From assembly GCA_964464735.1 (NCBI GenBank), contig CAYXKF010000004.1, positions 3,929 to 67,928 of the forward strand: a stretch of 64,000 nucleotides of DNA, written 5' to 3'. Positions 30,079-40,080 of this stretch are shown here, in pieces; positions within the stretch are counted from its first letter, which is position 1, and each line of letters begins with the position of its first letter. Origin of the DNA: an uncultured Candidatus Saccharibacteria bacterium. GTDB taxonomy: Bacteria > Patescibacteriota > Minisyncoccia > Phycocordibacterales > UBA1006. A program made the position numbers and the translations under genes. Under the pieces are notes generated by a model. It ran no database searches and was not told where the DNA came from. It saw only the letters and a program-made list of their open reading frames with translations.

Positions 30079-31107
30079 TTAAGCGAATTCAAGCAATTCA
30101 GCTAATGGTGATTCGATACCGTAAGTACCGTGCTGCAAAAACCTTCCATGAACAAGTCCTCCTGCGGCTCCACATTCTAACACCTGTTTAAGACCGGCTG
30201 CGGTTTCTACTGGCCCGCCAATTGGAAGAATATCAATATCCTTTGGAAATATCTGTGCGAACGTAAGCACCTGTGGCATTGAAATAAGTGTAGTTATTGG
30301 TCCAGTAAGATTACCGACCGTTTGTTTGCTTCCGTATGATATAACAGATTTATTGCTGCCCAACTCACGCAATTCGATGCCTGGAATAGGTCCAGGGCCG
30401 GCAACAGCAGTAACAATGCCCGATTTAATAATAACTTCAGCAATGGCCATCAATATTGCTATTGAACTCGTAGTAAAACTACTTTCATGGAACTTAAGGT
30501 CATACCCATTAGCAGATATGGTATCTCTCATATGCTCCATTCTTTCCGTAAATTCAGATGGTTGCCAAATGTTGTAATTCGGCAGGGTTACCCAAAACTT
30601 TTTGCCATATGGTTTCAGTTCTTCTAAAAGAGCTTTAAGTAATTGTGGCGAATAGCCGTGAATCATCTGGCCCGATAAACTTAGGTCAATACAAATGATA
30701 TCTACATCCTTAAGCTTTGAACAAAGCCCTGAAATGCTTTTAGCAGCGGCTTTATCATCGCCGGTATAAAAATCAGATACTGTAACTACAAATGTTTTAT
30801 TGCACCGTTTCGCACGGATCTGAGTTTCAGATATGTATTCCATCATTTCAGGCAATCCAGAATTACCATTATTGATTTCGTATAAAGTCATCAAATTTTC
30901 CCCGCACCTCCAAAAAGGCTTATGCCCTGGAACTTCCATATGGTAATTCATTGGAGCAGGAGTAAATGTTCCTGTAACTAAGTGACTCGCGCTAGATTTT
31001 AACAGGTCATCTGTTTTTCTTTTATTTCCTTTAATGCAGCCTGGGGCAACCCCAAAGATACGCAACTGAGGAAATTCTTCAATAATAACTTTTCGGTCTT
31101 TTCTCAT
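30079..31107 (-). CDS. degenerate dihydroorotate dehydrogenase-like TIM-barrel protein
   Basis: motif order matches class 1 DHODH (GVAPG, VTGTFT, GNLTGP, DILPIGG, GAAG) but catalytic motifs are substituted. Confidence 0.55.
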   Translation of the reverse strand: MRKDRKVIIEEFPQLRIFGVAPGCIKGNKRKTDDLLKSSASHLVTGTFTPAPMNYHMEVPGHKPFWRCGENLMTLYEINNGNSGLPEMMEYISETQIRAKRCNKTFVVTVSDFYTGDDKAAAKSISGLCSKLKDVDIICIDLSLSGQMIHGYSPQLLKALLEELKPYGKKFWVTLPNYNIWQPSEFTERMEHMRDTISANGYDLKFHESSFTTSSIAILMAIAEVIIKSGIVTAVAGPGPIPGIELRELGSNKSVISYGSKQTVGNLTGPITTLISMPQVLTFAQIFPKDIDILPIGGPVETAAGLKQVLECGAAGGLVHGRFLQHGTYGIESPLAELLEFA

Positions 31108-31174
31108 GTCCGTTATTTTTTTATGTTCACCAGCAAACTACCATGAAAAAACGCCCCTTTCAAGGCGCTTTGTT

Positions 31175-31747
31175 TTATACATTATTTGATCCGTTCAAGA
31201 ATGTTGCAGCCTTTTCGTAGCCCGCTGTGATCAAGATCTCGATTGCCTGTTTTACTTTTGGCGCGACATCGTGCAGTGCTTTTATTTCAACTTCAGTAAA
31301 ATTGCCAAGCACATTGGGTTTAATAAACTTTCCTTCGGTATAGCGCTGCGCCAAACCAATACGAATACGATAATAATCACTTCCGCCCAAATGTGCGTTC
31401 AATGACTTAATACCGTTATGTCCGGCGTCGCCGCGGTCGTACGAAATTTTTACTTGGCCCAATGGCAAATCAACTTCATCATGCAAAACAATAAACTTTG
31501 CATTATCTAATTCGTGATGCTTTTTTGCATATGCGGCGCTGATACCCGATTCGTTCATAAACGTTTGCGGCTTGATAAGTTCGATGCTAGTGCCCGCAAA
31601 TTGTGTCTTGGCAAAATCAGCCTTTGCCATTTTTGAATGCTCGTAGGTCTCGTTTGGAAACATGTAATCAAGCAAAAGCCAGCCGGCGTTATGGCGGGTT
31701 TTAGCTAACTTTTCGGTTGGGTTACCAAGGGCAACGATGCAGTACAT
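31175..31747 (-). CDS. pth: peptidyl-tRNA hydrolase
   Basis: LGNP...TRHNAG, KPQTFMNESG, HDEVDL, GHNGIKS. Confidence 0.97.
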   Translation of the reverse strand: MYCIVALGNPTEKLAKTRHNAGWLLLDYMFPNETYEHSKMAKADFAKTQFAGTSIELIKPQTFMNESGISAAYAKKHHELDNAKFIVLHDEVDLPLGQVKISYDRGDAGHNGIKSLNAHLGGSDYYRIRIGLAQRYTEGKFIKPNVLGNFTEVEIKALHDVAPKVKQAIEILITAGYEKAATFLNGSNNV

Positions 31748-31764
31748 AAGTCGATAATACAAAA

Positions 31765-32298
31765 TTATAAGTGCTTGGCAATTGCCTCGATGACTTCTGG
31801 AAACGTATCTTGCGGATAAAAGTGACCTCCCTTTTCTAATTCGTAATAATCGGCATCAAGCATGTTTGCCACATGGCGGGCTTCGGCGATTGGAATATGC
31901 GGATCATCAACGGCATTAAACTCGATAATCCACTTTTGGTTATTCTTAATCGCTTGCCAATCCCATGGTGTATCAAAATATTCGGCATCAATTTCGGACT
32001 GGATATTCATATGTGTGTGATAGGTGCCGATTAACACCGAGCCAAGTATTTTGTGAGTTTGTGCGTATCGCATAGCCGCAATTGCACCGGTCGAATGGCC
32101 GATCAAAATAGTATTTTCGTCAGCGTTCAATGACTCAATATAGGGCATCCAAATTGACTCACGGCCAATTTCAGAATCAGGAAAAATTCCCGGCGAAATT
32201 ACTTTGATACCTAATTTTTCAAGCTCGGTTTTTAAATACGGAAAAAAATTCTGGTTCGTATCACCTCCACCATTTCCGGGCAAAAAGATTGCACGCAT
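31765..32298 (-). CDS. RBBP9/YdeN family alpha/beta hydrolase
   Basis: LPGNGG, IGHSTGA, DDPHIP, GGHF. Confidence 0.9.
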   Translation of the reverse strand: MRAIFLPGNGGGDTNQNFFPYLKTELEKLGIKVISPGIFPDSEIGRESIWMPYIESLNADENTILIGHSTGAIAAMRYAQTHKILGSVLIGTYHTHMNIQSEIDAEYFDTPWDWQAIKNNQKWIIEFNAVDDPHIPIAEARHVANMLDADYYELEKGGHFYPQDTFPEVIEAIAKHL

Positions 32299-32299
32299 G

Positions 32300-33214
32300 T
32301 TACTTTTCATATCTTTTAACAAATGCCAATACTTCGGAACGTTGCGGTGAATTTGAAGCACCAAATCGCTGCACCTTAAGTGCCGAGGCGGCGTTCGCAA
32401 GATGGATTGCATCACGAATAGACTTCCCCTGGGCCAACAATGCGGCAAATGCGCCAGTAAAGCAATCGCCTGCGCCCGTAGTATCGGCAGCTTTTACCTT
32501 AAATACAGGCTCATACCAGATATATACCGGATCTGCATATACGATACCGGTTTTACCAAGCGTTACCAGCACGGCTGTATTCGTTTTTACGGCAAGTTTT
32601 TGCGCTGCTATAGTAATCGCTTTTTTGTTTTTACCATCAACTTTCTTATTTATATAAAATGAAAGCTCGGTTTCATTCACACATAAGATATCGGTATATT
32701 CAATGATTCCTTTCTCAAGCTGAAGTGCGGGTGCAGCATTTAAAATGGTAACCACTTTCCTTTCTTTTGCCTTTTTGAATAGTGCAAGTATGGATTTTTG
32801 CGGCACCTCGAGTGTCGCTAGTGCAACATCGCCATCCGAAAATAACATGCCTGAAGACTTCAAAGTAGTATCGGTATTTGCGCCACTTGAAACAGCAATG
32901 ACATTTTCCCCATCCTTCGAAACCATGATCATCGCTACCCCAGTTGGTTTTTTTGATTTGGATACAATAAGTTTCGCAAATTCTTGTGATTTTAAAAATG
33001 ACAAAACATCTTTTCCAAAACTATCGCGTCCTATGGTGCCAATGATCGAGGTCGGCGCTTTCATACGATTTGAAGCAAGGGCTTGATTAAGCCCCTTACC
33101 GCCGGGAATATACGATACATCGCCGCCAATGACCGTTTGTCCAGAATTTGGCGCCGAATCAACCGGTACCGTAATATCCATATTTATGCTTGCGAGTACG
33201 ATGACTTTTGACAT
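32300..33214 (-). CDS. rbsK: ribokinase (PfkB family)
   Basis: SINMD, GGKGLNQA, NAAPA, NETE, DTTGAGDCF. Confidence 0.88.
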   Translation of the reverse strand: MSKVIVLASINMDITVPVDSAPNSGQTVIGGDVSYIPGGKGLNQALASNRMKAPTSIIGTIGRDSFGKDVLSFLKSQEFAKLIVSKSKKPTGVAMIMVSKDGENVIAVSSGANTDTTLKSSGMLFSDGDVALATLEVPQKSILALFKKAKERKVVTILNAAPALQLEKGIIEYTDILCVNETELSFYINKKVDGKNKKAITIAAQKLAVKTNTAVLVTLGKTGIVYADPVYIWYEPVFKVKAADTTGAGDCFTGAFAALLAQGKSIRDAIHLANAASALKVQRFGASNSPQRSEVLAFVKRYEK

Positions 33215-33232
33215 AACTTAATTATAGCATTT

Positions 33233-34951
33233 TTATAAAAACTCCTGCTGATAACATTCTTTGCAATAAATCACCGGCGCGCGGTCTTTTTCGTAATGGG
33301 TCCTAAACTGCTTGTTGCAATTATCGCAGGTGCGGTCTTTTAGTCGCATATTATTTACCCATATGCGAAGCTTTGCATCAATACGGCAAAACGGACACTG
33401 GCGCGGAATACAAATGTTTAACTTTCGAAGCAATTGAAGTTCAAGCGGAATAATTTTATATCCTTTTTTGCAATCACTGCATTCGATCGTTTCAGATAAA
33501 ATTGAATCGTCAATATGTGAAATATGATCAAGCACATCAGCAGCTTTTTTGGTAATTGAATATTCACGCTTGCTGTCATCATGTTTCCATCCGCCCATTG
33601 CCAAAACCTGGGCATCAGTCTTTGGATAAAACAAATTGGCAAACGTATGCTGATACGGAAACGGCGCGATCTGCGGCGGAAAAAACTCGCCGTACTTGTA
33701 TACATGCCCATTAGTATCACTGTACGGCATATCATCGATATGCTTGATAATTTTTTCGCGCAAAGCAGTGTATTCATCTTTTGTATACTGTTTGTTAAAA
33801 ATAACGTAATCGCCCTTTCGCGCCGAAACGCATCCAAACTGGTTGCTTCCAGTTATCGCAAGCTTGCAATACGCACTGTCGGTCAGATTGATACCGCTTT
33901 CTTGAACGAACTTCACGTTTGAAGCAAATTCGCCCGTTACCCCGCTTTCATACGCGTTTTCTAGCCCGTATCCAAAGTCGCAAATGTCATAGCAGTTCTT
34001 TTGCGGGGCACGGTACAAGCTAATACAATACTTGCAGTCTTCACAATACGCGCAGTCGTAGCATTCGTGACAGTTTTTTGATTCAAAAATATAACTGCCA
34101 GTGCAATTAACCGACATAGTATCCCACGCCGGACGCGGCACGACGCTTTTCCAAAAATCTTGTGCTTCAGTTTGCGCTTTTTGGTATCCGACATGCGAAC
34201 CTAAGTCATATTGTGCGCGTTTTTCAAGATACGCCTCTTTGGTCAGCTGTTCGTTTTTAAAGCAATAGCTTTTATTTTTTAAGTTCGCACACATAAAACA
34301 ATTGGTGCAGTTTTCACAATCGCGCAAAAAGGCACTGTCGATGCAAAAGCGATTATTGCCGCGGCTTCCTACCACGCGCGAGCTTTTGTACAGGTTCGAG
34401 CAGTCATAACACGCGTCACAGCTCATCACCATCGAACAATCAGAAACATCACGGCACTGCGTCACGTTAAACCCATATTCGCATTCTTGGTTGAAATCGG
34501 TATTGAATGTTAGATAACAATCTTTCAAATCGGCGGCGTGATTATTGTATGGCGAACCAGGAGTCGTCGTCGCATTAATTGAAAGGCCTAACAGTGGTGC
34601 TTGATGCATCAGTTCATCAAACTGTTCGAAAAATGGACGACTAAAATCGTAATCGCGGCCATAATCGCGCCAATCCCAATTGTCAGACCACCAGCATGTC
34701 GGGCAATACACTTTGTACTGCGAGCGTTTATCTTCGCCATTTGGCGGATACATCGAAATGAAGCGCTTACTGCACAAATCGCAGTCACGGTAAAACAAAT
34801 TTACCAAGTTGTACCAAGCGTAGCGGCGCATCCGTCGGCAGTCAGGGCAAAAAGTCGGCGGCGGAACCTGCATTTTTTCGTAAAATCCAAAGTCGTCATC
34901 CTCGATGACAAATGACTTTTTGCAGTTTTGGCAATTTCGCGTTTCGGTCAT
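33233..34951 (-). CDS. Cys-rich multi-zinc-ribbon protein, array member 7 (last)
   Basis: MTETRNCQNC...FCPDC...YCKECYQQEFL; ATGA overlap with the upstream member. Confidence 0.88.
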   Translation of the reverse strand: MTETRNCQNCKKSFVIEDDDFGFYEKMQVPPPTFCPDCRRMRRYAWYNLVNLFYRDCDLCSKRFISMYPPNGEDKRSQYKVYCPTCWWSDNWDWRDYGRDYDFSRPFFEQFDELMHQAPLLGLSINATTTPGSPYNNHAADLKDCYLTFNTDFNQECEYGFNVTQCRDVSDCSMVMSCDACYDCSNLYKSSRVVGSRGNNRFCIDSAFLRDCENCTNCFMCANLKNKSYCFKNEQLTKEAYLEKRAQYDLGSHVGYQKAQTEAQDFWKSVVPRPAWDTMSVNCTGSYIFESKNCHECYDCAYCEDCKYCISLYRAPQKNCYDICDFGYGLENAYESGVTGEFASNVKFVQESGINLTDSAYCKLAITGSNQFGCVSARKGDYVIFNKQYTKDEYTALREKIIKHIDDMPYSDTNGHVYKYGEFFPPQIAPFPYQHTFANLFYPKTDAQVLAMGGWKHDDSKREYSITKKAADVLDHISHIDDSILSETIECSDCKKGYKIIPLELQLLRKLNICIPRQCPFCRIDAKLRIWVNNMRLKDRTCDNCNKQFRTHYEKDRAPVIYCKECYQQEFL

Positions 34952-36648
34952 AAGTATTCTTGCTGATAACACTGCTTGCAGTAAATAACCGGCGCGCGGT
35001 CTTTGGTGTAAAACGTCTTAAATTCTTTGCCGCATTTATCACACGCACGATCAAGCTGCTGCATGTTTGAAACCCAAATATCGACTTTCTCCCAGATACG
35101 ACAAAACGGGCACGACCGAGGAAGCGGCAACGTATGCTGGCGCAAAAATTGCAACTCTTGCCCAATGACACGAAAACCGCGATTACAGGTACTGCAACCG
35201 ATCACCTCTTGCAAAATAGTGTCGGATGCATCTTTAATGTTGTCAGGCAAATATTTAGCTGCAACCGTAACAGCGTATTCGCGATTTTCGGGTTCGTACC
35301 ATTTTAGGCCCTTTACCTGCACCTGTTCTTTATTAAGTGGAAAAAAACGCGCGGCAAAGCTGTCGTTGTAAAAGTTCGGTGAGAATTCAGGTGGAAAGAA
35401 CTCGCCATATTTATAGACATGCCCTTCTGTACTAATATATGGATTAGCGTCCATGTCTTTCTTAATTTGTTCACGCAGCTTTTCGAATTCTTCTTTACTA
35501 TATTGTTTATTTAAAATCGAATAGTTGTTCTTTTTTAGGCTTACGCACCCAAAATGATGTTCGGCGGTAATTGAAAGCTTTGAATACTGTACATCCAACA
35601 ATCCATGACCTGATTCGTGGGTAAAATAAATATCCTGCGCGCCTTCACCGACCGTTATCGCTTCGTAAATACGATTCGAATTATTTCCCCAGTCGACATA
35701 ATCGTAGCTGTCTTTTACCGGGCCAAACTTGATAAGCATCAAATATTTAGAGTCTTCGGCATACGAAACTGCATAGCATTCTTTGCTATTTTTGCAGTAC
35801 GAAAAATAGCTCCCACTGCTTTTATCGTCTGAAAACAGGTCATAAACCGGCCGCGGTGAATATTTTTTAAAATGATCATAGGCTTTTTTCTTGTATTCTT
35901 GGTATTGGCTGTACGAACCCAAATCTATTTCGGACATCTTTTGCTTGTATTCTTCTTTTGAAAGCTGTTCGTTAAAAAATACATTCGAGGCATGCTGAAG
36001 GTTGATCGAGCCAAAACAATTATTGCAGTCATTGCAGTCGTAACAAAACGTCGTATCGATCGATTTGATCATGCCATGAGAACCGACGACATGAAAGTTA
36101 TCCGACGCCGATACGCAGTCGAAACATTTTTCAGAACCGCTTATAAACGAGCAGTTGAGTACATTTTTATTCTGCGCGCCGTAGAATCCGTATACATGCT
36201 CTTCGCAAAAGTCCGAATAAAACAGCAAATAACAATTTTTCGAATGCCCCACATGATTACAAAATTGCGAGAAATTGCTGGTCGGCTGATCAATCGAAAG
36301 GCCCAACAACGGCGCTTTATGCAAAAGTTCATTCCATTGCTCGAGGAACGGACGCATAGGATCATAATCCATCGCCAAGTCCTTCGCATCCCACTTATCA
36401 GACCACCAGCAGCGATCGCAATACACGACATACGGCGCATCTGGGTGATACATCGAGAACCGCTCTTCGTGACACAGATCACACTTTCGCTTGAAAAGCT
36501 GGATTCCCTTCATCCAAATAAGGCGGCGTTGCAAGCGGCACTGCGGGCAAAATGTCGGCGGAGGAACATTGATTTTTGCGTAAAAATCAAAATCCTCGTC
36601 TTCGATGACGAATGCATTTTTACAATTTTGGCAATTTCGAGTTTCCAT
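34948..36648 (-). CDS. Cys-rich multi-zinc-ribbon protein, array member 6
   Basis: METRNCQNC...YCKQCYQQEYL. Confidence 0.88.
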   Translation of the reverse strand: METRNCQNCKNAFVIEDEDFDFYAKINVPPPTFCPQCRLQRRLIWMKGIQLFKRKCDLCHEERFSMYHPDAPYVVYCDRCWWSDKWDAKDLAMDYDPMRPFLEQWNELLHKAPLLGLSIDQPTSNFSQFCNHVGHSKNCYLLFYSDFCEEHVYGFYGAQNKNVLNCSFISGSEKCFDCVSASDNFHVVGSHGMIKSIDTTFCYDCNDCNNCFGSINLQHASNVFFNEQLSKEEYKQKMSEIDLGSYSQYQEYKKKAYDHFKKYSPRPVYDLFSDDKSSGSYFSYCKNSKECYAVSYAEDSKYLMLIKFGPVKDSYDYVDWGNNSNRIYEAITVGEGAQDIYFTHESGHGLLDVQYSKLSITAEHHFGCVSLKKNNYSILNKQYSKEEFEKLREQIKKDMDANPYISTEGHVYKYGEFFPPEFSPNFYNDSFAARFFPLNKEQVQVKGLKWYEPENREYAVTVAAKYLPDNIKDASDTILQEVIGCSTCNRGFRVIGQELQFLRQHTLPLPRSCPFCRIWEKVDIWVSNMQQLDRACDKCGKEFKTFYTKDRAPVIYCKQCYQQEYL

Positions 36649-36650
36649 AC

Positions 36651-38399
36651 TTATGCAACTTCTGTCTGATAACACTTCTCGCAGTATATTACTTCTGCGC
36701 GATCTGGCGCATAGGTTGTCTGAAATTCATTTTGGCAATTGCCCATATGACCGTGATTCTCAGCTTTGCACATGCACTGACGATGATAGAGTGCCGGAGG
36801 ATTTCTCCAACCCACACGATCAATATGCCGGCAGTTAAAACATAGACGCGGAAGCGGCAGCTGCGACTGACGGTAAAAATCAAGTTCTTGCTGGGTAATT
36901 TTAAAGGCGCTAGCACAATCAACATTGCAGCCATTTTTATGTCCGTCTAGTTCGTCGTGTTGGCACTGAATCACTTCGTTTATAATCGAATCAGGAACAT
37001 CTTTTATTGAATCAGGTAACTCACTTGCCTTTTTGGTGATCGGATATTTTCGCTCTTCAGGTGTTCGCCAGCGATACCCTTGCTTAGTCGCTTCTTCTTC
37101 GGTAATAGGAAAATATTCAAACGCCTGTGATTGGCTGTATCCGTAAGTAGACATATCAAAAGGGAAAAATTCGCCGAACCGGTAAACTCGCCCTTCTGCA
37201 TCTATATACGGCATATCATCCATATGTTTTTTTATTTTTGGAAGCAAATCAAAGTATTCCTCTTTGGTGTATTGCTTATTTAAAATACAATACGTTTTAT
37301 TGCGCACGCCAATGCACCCAAAAACATTACTGACGCTTTTGCAATTGATTGAATAATATCCGTCACTTATATTTGCGCACTCAAATGTAGCGATTGTTTT
37401 ATGCGCGCCGTTTCCGCAGCAAATCGTCTCGTACGAAAGTTCGGTGCCTTCGCTTGAGGTGATATCCATCCCGTCATTGTTCGGAGGATAGATAACACTT
37501 TGGCAGTATTTCATATTTCGGGCATTGCCTACAAAAAAGCACCGATCAATTTCGCTTGCGTTATTTAAATAGTCTCCAATGCAGCCAGGAGCTTGCACGC
37601 TGTGCTGATATTTAACGGGTGATTTTTCCCAAAAGGTTTCGGCTTTTTTTCGCGCTTCAACAATACCCGACCACGAATCAAGGTTCATTTCGGCAAGCTT
37701 TGCTTTATACGTTTCTTTATCACATGGCTGATTGAAAATATGATAGCTTTTATTTTTCAACCCGCTGCATCCAAAACAGCTGGTACACCCGACACAATCT
37801 TGGGACATCCACACCTCGACGCACGAAACGCAGTTGCGCGAAAAATACGTTTTGAAAGATTGCGTGGTGTTTATACAGTAATAACAGAGTTCAGAATCTT
37901 TTACATTTAATCCGTCAAAACATTTTTTGCTATATAAAAGCGTAACACTGTATGCGCTGTCTTCGTCATAACCCGAATCAAAACACAGATAACAATTTTT
38001 TGAATACCCACATACTGCATAGCTGCAATTCACCATTTCCATAGACCACATAATTCCCCATGGCACGACAGCATAGAAATCGCGAACTTGGTCGAAAAAT
38101 GGCCGTGAAAAATCGTAATCACGCCCGTAATCCATGGCATCCCACTTATCACTGTTCCAGTATTCATTACTATACACCGGCATTGGATTTTCAGGCGGCA
38201 TCAATGTAAATATTTTTTCACCAGTTGCAGCGCACGTGCGAGCATACAAATGGCGCATGTCGCGAAAACTCATACGACGGATCGCACGGCATTTCCAGCA
38301 AAATGTCGGCGGGGGTACCTTTATTTTTTCGTAGAATAAAAAGTCATCAGGCTCGATCGTAAATTGCAGTTTACAGTTTTGGCACGCTCGGGTTTCCAT
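36651..38399 (-). CDS. Cys-rich multi-zinc-ribbon protein, array member 5
   Basis: METRACQNC...YCEKCYQTEVA. Confidence 0.88.
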   Translation of the reverse strand: METRACQNCKLQFTIEPDDFLFYEKIKVPPPTFCWKCRAIRRMSFRDMRHLYARTCAATGEKIFTLMPPENPMPVYSNEYWNSDKWDAMDYGRDYDFSRPFFDQVRDFYAVVPWGIMWSMEMVNCSYAVCGYSKNCYLCFDSGYDEDSAYSVTLLYSKKCFDGLNVKDSELCYYCINTTQSFKTYFSRNCVSCVEVWMSQDCVGCTSCFGCSGLKNKSYHIFNQPCDKETYKAKLAEMNLDSWSGIVEARKKAETFWEKSPVKYQHSVQAPGCIGDYLNNASEIDRCFFVGNARNMKYCQSVIYPPNNDGMDITSSEGTELSYETICCGNGAHKTIATFECANISDGYYSINCKSVSNVFGCIGVRNKTYCILNKQYTKEEYFDLLPKIKKHMDDMPYIDAEGRVYRFGEFFPFDMSTYGYSQSQAFEYFPITEEEATKQGYRWRTPEERKYPITKKASELPDSIKDVPDSIINEVIQCQHDELDGHKNGCNVDCASAFKITQQELDFYRQSQLPLPRLCFNCRHIDRVGWRNPPALYHRQCMCKAENHGHMGNCQNEFQTTYAPDRAEVIYCEKCYQTEVA

Positions 38400-38401
38400 A
38401 T

Positions 38402-40078
38402 CTATACCATTTCTTGTTGATAACATTTTTCACAATACACTTTTTCAAGCCGATCTGGCGCATACGCCGTATCAAATTCATTTGAGCAATTTCCAACATG
38501 TGCGTGATTTGTTTTATTACACATACATTTGCGATGATAAAGCAAGCGAGGCAGCCGCACTGCCATTCGTTCGTCGTGCCGACAAAAGAAACACTTTGTA
38601 GGCAATGCAAGCCTGAAGCGCTCATAAAAAGAAATTTCATGATTAATAAACCGGTAATTGCGCTTACATGCTTGGCAGGCAAAAATCTTGTCTTTTAAAA
38701 ATTCCCAATTGTATATTTGTGCAGGCAGTAATGAATCAAGCAAGCAATTTTCTTGCCCTTTAGTATCAGGAATATTATCCTCCCATCGATAGCCGAACGC
38801 CAGGGCCTGATCTTTGGTAAGCGGATAGTATTCACCAACGGTCGACTCGTTATATGCATAGGGGGAAATAGCAATTGGAAAGTATTCTCCCCATTCCCCA
38901 TTCTGCTTCATATGTTCGATTATTTTTGGAACCATTATTTCATATTCTTCTTTTGTATATTGCTTGTTTAAAATACAATAATCTTTTTTACGAAGCCCTA
39001 CACATCCAAAAAGGTTGTTCGAATTGAAACAAGCCTCTGAATATGTTGTATCTGTGCAGTCAATAGCTAAGTGGCAGAACTTCAGTCCATATGGTTGCGA
39101 GAAAAGGCACTCGTATGAGTTTTCAATATCAAGTGAAAAGCCGCAATCATAGCTGTTTATGAATTTGCGCACAGTAAATCCAAATTTGCTGTCTTCTCCT
39201 GATTTAACATCAAATGCCCAGTGGACATTTTTTGCGTGATAAACATGATTTCCGCTTGCAGCTACGTTGTGCGAACCAAACATGTGAGGCGTAGGAACTT
39301 CTTGCATCAACGCATCACGCTGACTCAAGATATGCTGAAGCACCTTCGGATCAGATAAAGGATACTCACTTAAGAATTTTTGGTACTCCTCCTTAGTAAC
39401 TTGCTTATTGAAAATATGATAACTTTTATTTCGAAGTCCAACACATCCGATGCAATTAACACATCCACGGCAATCAAACAAAGCGATCGAATCAGTGCAC
39501 GCCTCACATTCGCGGCAATACAGCAGTCGAGTAGACTCTAATACATCAATGCATTGGTAACAGTATTCAGACTTAAACAAATACAGGCAGTCGACCGATT
39601 CGCGACAATTCCATACTGAATGACTATAGTCACAATCTTCATTATCAACGCATCCAAATACGAAGTAACAGCGAGCGCTCCTGTTGCATAAATTGGAAAA
39701 TCCACAGTCGGTACTGTTGTTCACCATCAATGAGAAGCGGGGTACTTGGTCGTTTAATTCTTTATACTGTTCAAAAAAAGGGCGTGCGAAATCAAAATCG
39801 CGACCGTAACTCGTAGCATCCCAATCGTCTGCATACCATTCTTCGGTACTCCACACTGGAAAGGGCTGTCGTTCATGATACATCGAAATAATGGCCTTTC
39901 CCGATTTAGACGATGGCCGGCGATATAATGTCCTGAAATTTCTAACAAACAACCGACGAATCTGTCGGCATTTAGGACAATGGGTAGGAGCCGGCACTTG
40001 CATCTTTTCGTAAAACAAAAAGTCGTCCGGTGTTATTTGAAAATTTTGATTGCATTTTTTGCAGACCTTGATTTCCAT
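38402..40078 (-). CDS. Cys-rich multi-zinc-ribbon protein, array member 4
   Basis: MEIKVCKKC...YCEKCYQQEMV. Confidence 0.88.
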   Translation of the reverse strand: MEIKVCKKCNQNFQITPDDFLFYEKMQVPAPTHCPKCRQIRRLFVRNFRTLYRRPSSKSGKAIISMYHERQPFPVWSTEEWYADDWDATSYGRDFDFARPFFEQYKELNDQVPRFSLMVNNSTDCGFSNLCNRSARCYFVFGCVDNEDCDYSHSVWNCRESVDCLYLFKSEYCYQCIDVLESTRLLYCRECEACTDSIALFDCRGCVNCIGCVGLRNKSYHIFNKQVTKEEYQKFLSEYPLSDPKVLQHILSQRDALMQEVPTPHMFGSHNVAASGNHVYHAKNVHWAFDVKSGEDSKFGFTVRKFINSYDCGFSLDIENSYECLFSQPYGLKFCHLAIDCTDTTYSEACFNSNNLFGCVGLRKKDYCILNKQYTKEEYEIMVPKIIEHMKQNGEWGEYFPIAISPYAYNESTVGEYYPLTKDQALAFGYRWEDNIPDTKGQENCLLDSLLPAQIYNWEFLKDKIFACQACKRNYRFINHEISFYERFRLALPTKCFFCRHDERMAVRLPRLLYHRKCMCNKTNHAHVGNCSNEFDTAYAPDRLEKVYCEKCYQQEMV

Positions 40079-40080
40079 AA

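Noticed and set aside
35992-36669. 225-aa plus-strand ORF and similar antisense ORFs across the window
   Set aside because: They are shadows of well-supported genes on the opposite strand
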